Source: Candidatus Bathyarchaeia archaeon (lineage in GTDB: Archaea > Thermoproteota > Bathyarchaeia > Bathyarchaeales > Bathycorpusculaceae). From it: a stretch of DNA of 30,599 nucleotides. How positions within the stretch are numbered: position 1 is the first letter of the stretch; each line of letters opens with the position of its first letter. A program made the position numbers and the translations under genes. The stretch covers positions 1 through 30,599 of the forward strand of contig JBMFMB010000017.1 of assembly GCA_049970895.1 (NCBI GenBank). The letters run 5' to 3'. Under the pieces are notes generated by a model. It searched no databases and was not told the origin of the DNA. It saw nothing but the letters and a program-made list of their open reading frames with translations. Positions 25,990 through 30,599 of the stretch are shown here, piece after piece.

Positions 25990-26274
25990 TACTTTGTGTT
26001 TTGTTCTGTTTTGATATTAGCTCGCCTAGGGCGTTATGCTGCTGCCGAAACTATGATTAAGCCGAAGAGGCCCGCCGCTAATGTCGATAAGTATTGATTT
26101 ACAATAGGTGGGTAGGGTGTAGTCTGGCATCAGTCCCTTCCAGAGGGGCTGTGACTCTTGCACATGTAGGGTTTCAGTCACCTTTTCCGAGCCGTCTAGA
26201 TAGGAGGAGGCGAAGGGTATTAGGATTGCAAGCCCAACTATTATCAGGATTAGTGCCTTTACATAGCCTTTCAA
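25990..26274 (-). pseudogene. Decayed PDGLE-domain (CbiN/NikN-like) gene
   Basis: TTG 26274: KGYVKALILIIVGLAILIPFASSY-LDGSE-KV...LMPDYTLP, then a frameshift to NQYLSTLAAGLFGLIIVSAAA. The 3' end is approximate. Confidence 0.72.
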
Positions 26275-26864
26275 ATCGCTTCCCTCTTTAGGAAAGCTAA
26301 ACCGTTCAGTACTGCGGGCTGCACTCGGTATAGCTTTGTTATGGCTGTTGTTTATATTGCTCCGCCGGCCTCTGCGAAAGCTGGAGAAAAGCCTATCTCC
26401 AAGCCGCATGCCAGAGCGCCCAAAACAACTGATAGCCACGAGGCTGCGAACACGCCTAGGAAGAAGCGTTTGCCATTTGCTGAGTTTCCAGCTATGAGTT
26501 TGACTATGAAGAAGCTTAGTCCACCTATTACCGCCATGTTGAAGATGTTTGCCCCCAGAGCTATTATTCCGCCATCTGCGAAGAAAAGCGCCTGCATCAA
26601 CAGAACTGTTGTCATGCTCAGGACTGCCTCGTAAGGGCCTAGAACTATTGAGAGGAATGTCCCGCCCACAAGGTGCCCGCTTGTTCCGTAGTTGGAAGTT
26701 AATCATTTGGGCTGCAAAGACGAAGACATTTGAAACCGCCAGTACTGGGCTAGTATTTCGGGTTTGTGGCTTTCGCTCTTCCATGACAGGACAAGGGATA
26801 TTATGGATATTGCAGCCATTGTGGCTGCGATTTCTAGGCTTATGTGGCCGTTTGGTATATGCCT
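26271..26864 (-). pseudogene. cbiM: Decayed CbiM/NikM Co/Ni ECF transporter S-component
   Basis: AGG(lost ATG)-HIPNGHISLEIAA..., frameshift, VFAAQMINF, frameshift, GTSGHLVGG...LGP...QALFFADGGIIALGANIFNM, premature TAA at 26352-26354. Confidence 0.85.
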
Positions 26865-26942
26865 TTTGTTGCTCGCGTTACTTTTAAGTTGAAAAGCAAT
26901 GCTATAAAACTTTGCCGTTCAAAGCCGTGAAAAATTAAGAGG

Positions 26943-27218
26943 TTAAGAGAATAGTTCAGTTAAGATTTGGTTTAGCTGGTTTTTGTCTTTAACTTTTTTG
27001 AAGATGGCTTTTCCTGTTGCGTATAGGTGTATCTGGGTTTCTTTGTAGGTTAAGTCAAAGATTATTTTAGCTACGGCTTTTTGCACTATGGCTTTTTCCA
27101 GTATTTTGGCTATTGCCTCTTCTTTTTTATCGTGTCTGAAGAAGATTATGTAGTCTTTTTCTTCTCCGCATGCCTCTTCGATTCTTGCTATGTAAGTGTC
27201 CAGAACGGTGGTGCTCAT
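26943..27218 (-). CDS. Small hypothetical protein (91 aa, single Cys), last gene of the Fe-S operon
   Basis: ATGA overlap with the sufS stop and an upstream AGGAGA RBS. Base composition is similar to the operon. Confidence 0.72.
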   Translation of the reverse strand: MSTTVLDTYIARIEEACGEEKDYIIFFRHDKKEEAIAKILEKAIVQKAVAKIIFDLTYKETQIHLYATGKAIFKKVKDKNQLNQILTELFS

Positions 27219-28453
27219 AGGGACTGCTCAATCTCCTTTAGGACTTCCACTAGCCGGTCTATTTCTTCTTGGGTGTTGTATATGTAGAAGCTTGCCCTTG
27301 CCGATGATTTTATTCCGAGTTTTTGGTGGAGGGGTTGGGCGCAGTGGAAGCCGCTTCTAATCATTATGCCATAAGTGTCGAGGATCAAAGCCAAGTCATG
27401 GGAGTCGAAGTCTTCAATGTTGAAAGGTACTATGCCACATTTTATTTTCACGTCTTTTGGTCCGTAAACTTTGACTTTTCGGCATTCTTGTAGGCGTTTT
27501 ATGGCGTATTCTGTTAAGGCGCATTCGTGGGTTTGTACGTTTTCCATCCCGAGGTTTTTTAGGTATTTTATGGCCGCCATTAGACCTACTCCACCGCATA
27601 TATTTGGCGTTCCAGCCTCGAATTTCCATGGCAGGTCGTTCCATGTTACTTTGCAGCTTTTAGTTTTTGGGTTGTAGGAGACTTCTCGTATCATTTCGCC
27701 TCCTCCGTGGAAGGGTTCCATTTCTTCTAGGATTTCTCGCCTGCCGTATAGGACGCCTATTCCCGTTGGTCCAAGCATTTTATGTCCGGAGAAGGCTAGG
27801 AAGTCGCAGCCGAGTTCTTTTACATTTATTGGTAGGTGGGGGACGGATTGGGCTCCGTCTACGAGGATTAGGGCGTTGTTTTCGTGGGCTAGTTTTGCGG
27901 CATAACGCACATCATTTATTACGCCCGTAACATTTGAGACGTGGGTTATGCAGACCATTTTTGCTTTTGGTGTGATGGCTTTTTCTAGGGCTTGCCTGTT
28001 TAGGGTTCCGTCTTCGTTTATATCTATGTAGCGCACTTTGAAGCCCTTTATTTTTGATAGGATTTCCCATGGGACTATGTTGCTGTGGTGTTCCATTAAA
28101 GTTACGAGGACTTCGTCTCCTTTTTTGAGGTTCCGTAGTCCCCATGAGTAGGCGACCGTGTTTATGGCTTCTGTTGTTCCCCTTGTGAAGATTATTTCTT
28201 CTATGCTTTCTGCGCCTATAAATTTGGCTGTTTCTTCGTGGGCTTCTTCGTAAAGCTCTGTTGCTTCCAATGAGAGCGTGTGTACGGCTCTGTGGACGTT
28301 GGCATTATGTTGCTCATAGTATTCTTTTATGGCTTCTATAACTTGTTTTGGTTTTTGGGATGTGGCTGCATTGTCAAAGTATATGAGGGGATGATTGTTT
28401 ATTTTCCGTTTTAGAATTGGGAAGTCTTCTCGGATTTTATAGGGGTCGAACAT
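27215..28453 (-). CDS. sufS: Cysteine desulfurase, group II (SufS/CsdA)
   Basis: YFDNAATSQKP, NVHR, MEHHSNIVPW, DGAQ, FSGHKMLGPTG, KFEAGTP, RSGFHCAQPL, RASFY. Confidence 0.95.
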   Translation of the reverse strand: MFDPYKIREDFPILKRKINNHPLIYFDNAATSQKPKQVIEAIKEYYEQHNANVHRAVHTLSLEATELYEEAHEETAKFIGAESIEEIIFTRGTTEAINTVAYSWGLRNLKKGDEVLVTLMEHHSNIVPWEILSKIKGFKVRYIDINEDGTLNRQALEKAITPKAKMVCITHVSNVTGVINDVRYAAKLAHENNALILVDGAQSVPHLPINVKELGCDFLAFSGHKMLGPTGIGVLYGRREILEEMEPFHGGGEMIREVSYNPKTKSCKVTWNDLPWKFEAGTPNICGGVGLMAAIKYLKNLGMENVQTHECALTEYAIKRLQECRKVKVYGPKDVKIKCGIVPFNIEDFDSHDLALILDTYGIMIRSGFHCAQPLHQKLGIKSSARASFYIYNTQEEIDRLVEVLKEIEQSL

Positions 28454-28953
28454 TATTTTTCCTCTGCCATCTTCATTTTTTTCTCTAGGATTTTTGCCAG
28501 TTCCTCCTCTTCTAGGGCTTGTTTTTCTTCAAAGGTCAAGTCTTTTGAGAGCCACTCCGGTGTTGTTTGTTTGTTTTTGTAGTAGGTTCTTATGGCTCTT
28601 CTTAGCGCGCCGACAGCCAGTATTCCGCAGTGGAATTTTACCGCTGGGAGCCCGCCGACCTCTTCTGCTATGCTTTTCCATGTGATTTTCCATGCGTCTT
28701 CAAGTTTCATTCCCCTCACTTTTTCTGTCACTATACTGGATGTGGCTATGTTGGCGGCGCATCCGTAGCTTTCGAAGGATGCCCTTTCAATTATGTCATG
28801 GTCGTTTATTTTTAGGTAGAAGGTTATCATGTCTCCGCATTGGGGGTTTCCAGCCACAGCTGAAACTGTGGCGTCTTCCATTTTTCCAAGGTTTTTGGGG
28901 TTTCTGAAAAGTTCGAGGATTTTTTGGCTGTAGGGTAAGGGTGCACGGGACAT
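28453..28953 (-). CDS. iscU: Fe-S cluster scaffold, IscU/NifU-N type
   Basis: YSQKILELF.NPKNLG, GNPQCGD, YGCAANIA, GGLPAVKFHC. Confidence 0.92.
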   Translation of the reverse strand: MSRAPLPYSQKILELFRNPKNLGKMEDATVSAVAGNPQCGDMITFYLKINDHDIIERASFESYGCAANIATSSIVTEKVRGMKLEDAWKITWKSIAEEVGGLPAVKFHCGILAVGALRRAIRTYYKNKQTTPEWLSKDLTFEEKQALEEEELAKILEKKMKMAEEK

Positions 28954-30176
28954 TATTCCACCACTGTTGTGCCCGTTATTCCCCTAAGCCTTTCAACGGC
29001 TTTTGGCAAAACTTCCAGAACATAGTCTATATCTTCTTCTGTGTGATAGCGTGTTACTTTCATGAGGATGCTTCCGTGGGCTTCTTCGAATTTTCTTCTT
29101 ATGGCGGTTAGGACGTGGCTTGGTTGTAGTAGGCGTCTTGTGCATGCGCTTCCGCTTGATACGTAAACGCCGTTTAGGCTTAGCTCTATTGTTAGGGATT
29201 CTCCTTCGCAGCGAAGGAAGCTTATGTTGGCGTTGTCCGGCGCCCGTTTCTCGCCTTTCGGTCCGTTTAGGCGCACGTCCGTTATTTTTTCGAAGATTCC
29301 GTTTATGAGTTTGTCCCTTAGCCTCTGCATGTGCCTGACGTTTTCTTCGAAGTTTTTGAAGGCTAGTTCTGAGGCTTTTGCAAAGCCAACTATCAAGGGC
29401 GTGTTTTCAACTCCTGGCCAAAGTTTTTGTGTGCCTATTTGCCCCTCTAAGATTCTTTCTATGTTTATGCCTTCTCGCACGTAGAGGGCTCCTATTCCGC
29501 GGGGTCCCAGTATTTTGTAGCTGCTTATTGTTGCCATGTCCACGCCTATTTCACGCACTTTGAAGGGTGTTTTTCCGTAGGCATCTGAGGCGTCTGTGTG
29601 GAATATGGTGTTTGGGTTTTTGTCCTTAACTATTTTTAAGGCTTCTTTTATGGGTTGTATTGTTCCTATTTCGTGGTTTACGGCTGAAAGGCTTACGAGG
29701 ACTGTTTCGCTGTCGACGGCTTCTTTCAGTTTTTCTAGTTTTATGAAGCCTTCAGCATCCACTGGAATCTTTGTTACTGTGAAGCCGTATCTGGTTAGCA
29801 TTTCAGCCACGTGTATTATGCTTAGGGGCTCAACTTCCGAAATCACAATTTTTTTGCCTTTCCCCCGCATTTGGAGGGTTGTGCCTAAAAGGGCTAGGTT
29901 GTTGGCTTCTGTTTCGCCAGGCGTGAAATTTACCTCTTCAAGGTTTTTGCAGCCTATGTAGCCTGCCATTTTTTGGGCTGAATCCATTATGGCTTCGTAG
30001 GCTTCCCATCCAGGCTTGTGGGTAAGCGTGGGATTGCCATAGGCGCGCTGGTTGAAGTATGGGAGCATTGCCTCAACGACTTCGGCTGGGACGAAGCTTG
30101 AGTTTTCTATGTCTAGGTAAACCTCACGCCTTAACCCTTCATGAGCCTTTAATAGTTCGCGGACGTTTTCCACCAT
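28953..30176 (-). CDS. iscS: IscS/NifS-like (group I) cysteine desulfurase homologue with a degenerate active site
   Basis: YGNP, TEANNLA, VNHEIGTIQPI, FHTDA, K.LGPRGIGALY and VSSGSAC are retained. Several PLP/substrate residues are altered (see findings). Confidence 0.85.
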   Translation of the reverse strand: MVENVRELLKAHEGLRREVYLDIENSSFVPAEVVEAMLPYFNQRAYGNPTLTHKPGWEAYEAIMDSAQKMAGYIGCKNLEEVNFTPGETEANNLALLGTTLQMRGKGKKIVISEVEPLSIIHVAEMLTRYGFTVTKIPVDAEGFIKLEKLKEAVDSETVLVSLSAVNHEIGTIQPIKEALKIVKDKNPNTIFHTDASDAYGKTPFKVREIGVDMATISSYKILGPRGIGALYVREGINIERILEGQIGTQKLWPGVENTPLIVGFAKASELAFKNFEENVRHMQRLRDKLINGIFEKITDVRLNGPKGEKRAPDNANISFLRCEGESLTIELSLNGVYVSSGSACTRRLLQPSHVLTAIRRKFEEAHGSILMKVTRYHTEEDIDYVLEVLPKAVERLRGITGTTVVE

Positions 30177-30599
30177 AACCTTTCAAGTCCGTTTAGCTTT
30201 TAGGCTTACACCACTTCCTAAATGGTTTGAGCTTATACAAAAAGCTATTTGACGCTGTTAAATGCCCTTAAACGCCAGAAGGTCACATTTGTGGCTGGTT
30301 CCAAACAACAAATACACTACCCCCTCTCTATACAATTTTTGGCTTGAAAAACAGCCAATAGCACCCCTCCTCCTATAAATTTCCAAACCCAAAAGCCTTA
30401 AACATCAAATTTAACAAAAGAAAAACACTTAAATAGAATACCCCTCTAGAAAACAAGCACGCATTTTGAGAAACAGTACTTAATGTGGTTCGCTTGCTAT
30501 GTTTTTCTAATAATTTTACCTACTAACCTGAAGAGTACTGGGAAGCTATAGGGAACGCTTAACTTGCCGGTCTAGATTTTTAGGTATTCGCTTTCGGAC

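Noticed and set aside
26026-26784. 252-aa minus-strand ORF as an intact novel protein
   Set aside because: It is a chance open frame threading through in-frame and out-of-frame pieces of the cbiM and PDGLE pseudogenes.
30177-30599. Possible ncRNA, replication origin or CRISPR leader in the AT-rich tail
   Set aside because: Only a short TTGGCT/AGCCAA inverted repeat near 30340-30358 was seen. No tRNA fold, repeated ORB-like boxes or CRISPR repeats were recognisable, and the region is cut by the window edge.

Overview
Gene-dense archaeal chromosomal window. The gene set (separate Kae1/Bud32, TFE-beta, an Ala1 proteasome beta paralogue, HdrA-MvhD fusion) points to the TACK group, most plausibly Bathyarchaeia; this is an inference. 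Positions 1-14.4 kb are mostly housekeeping: SAM hydrolase, NAD synthesis, Ogt, proteasome beta, AMMECR1, RlmE, TFE-beta, a PfuExo I-like nuclease, and the kae1-bud32-rdgB / rps15-GAN-pcc1-serS-rps3ae cluster. Positions 14.4-24.7 kb form a divergent metabolic locus around a 22-bp inverted repeat. Its leftward operon encodes an unusual HdrC-GltD(NfnB)-like chimera, HdrA-MvhD and a four-subunit 2-oxoacid:ferredoxin oxidoreductase, with no HdrB or hydrogenase in the window. Its rightward operon encodes a 2,4-diaminopentanoate-dehydrogenase-like amine dehydrogenase and PxpABC. Positions 26.9-30.2 kb hold a translationally coupled Fe-S operon: an IscS-like protein with a degenerate PLP/substrate site but intact Cys loop, IscU, an intact SufS and a small single-Cys protein. 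Two decayed loci are visible by eye (a VOC fragment and cbiM plus a PDGLE gene). No rRNA, tRNA, CRISPR array or mobile element was recognised. All family calls rest on motif recognition from memory, not on database searches.
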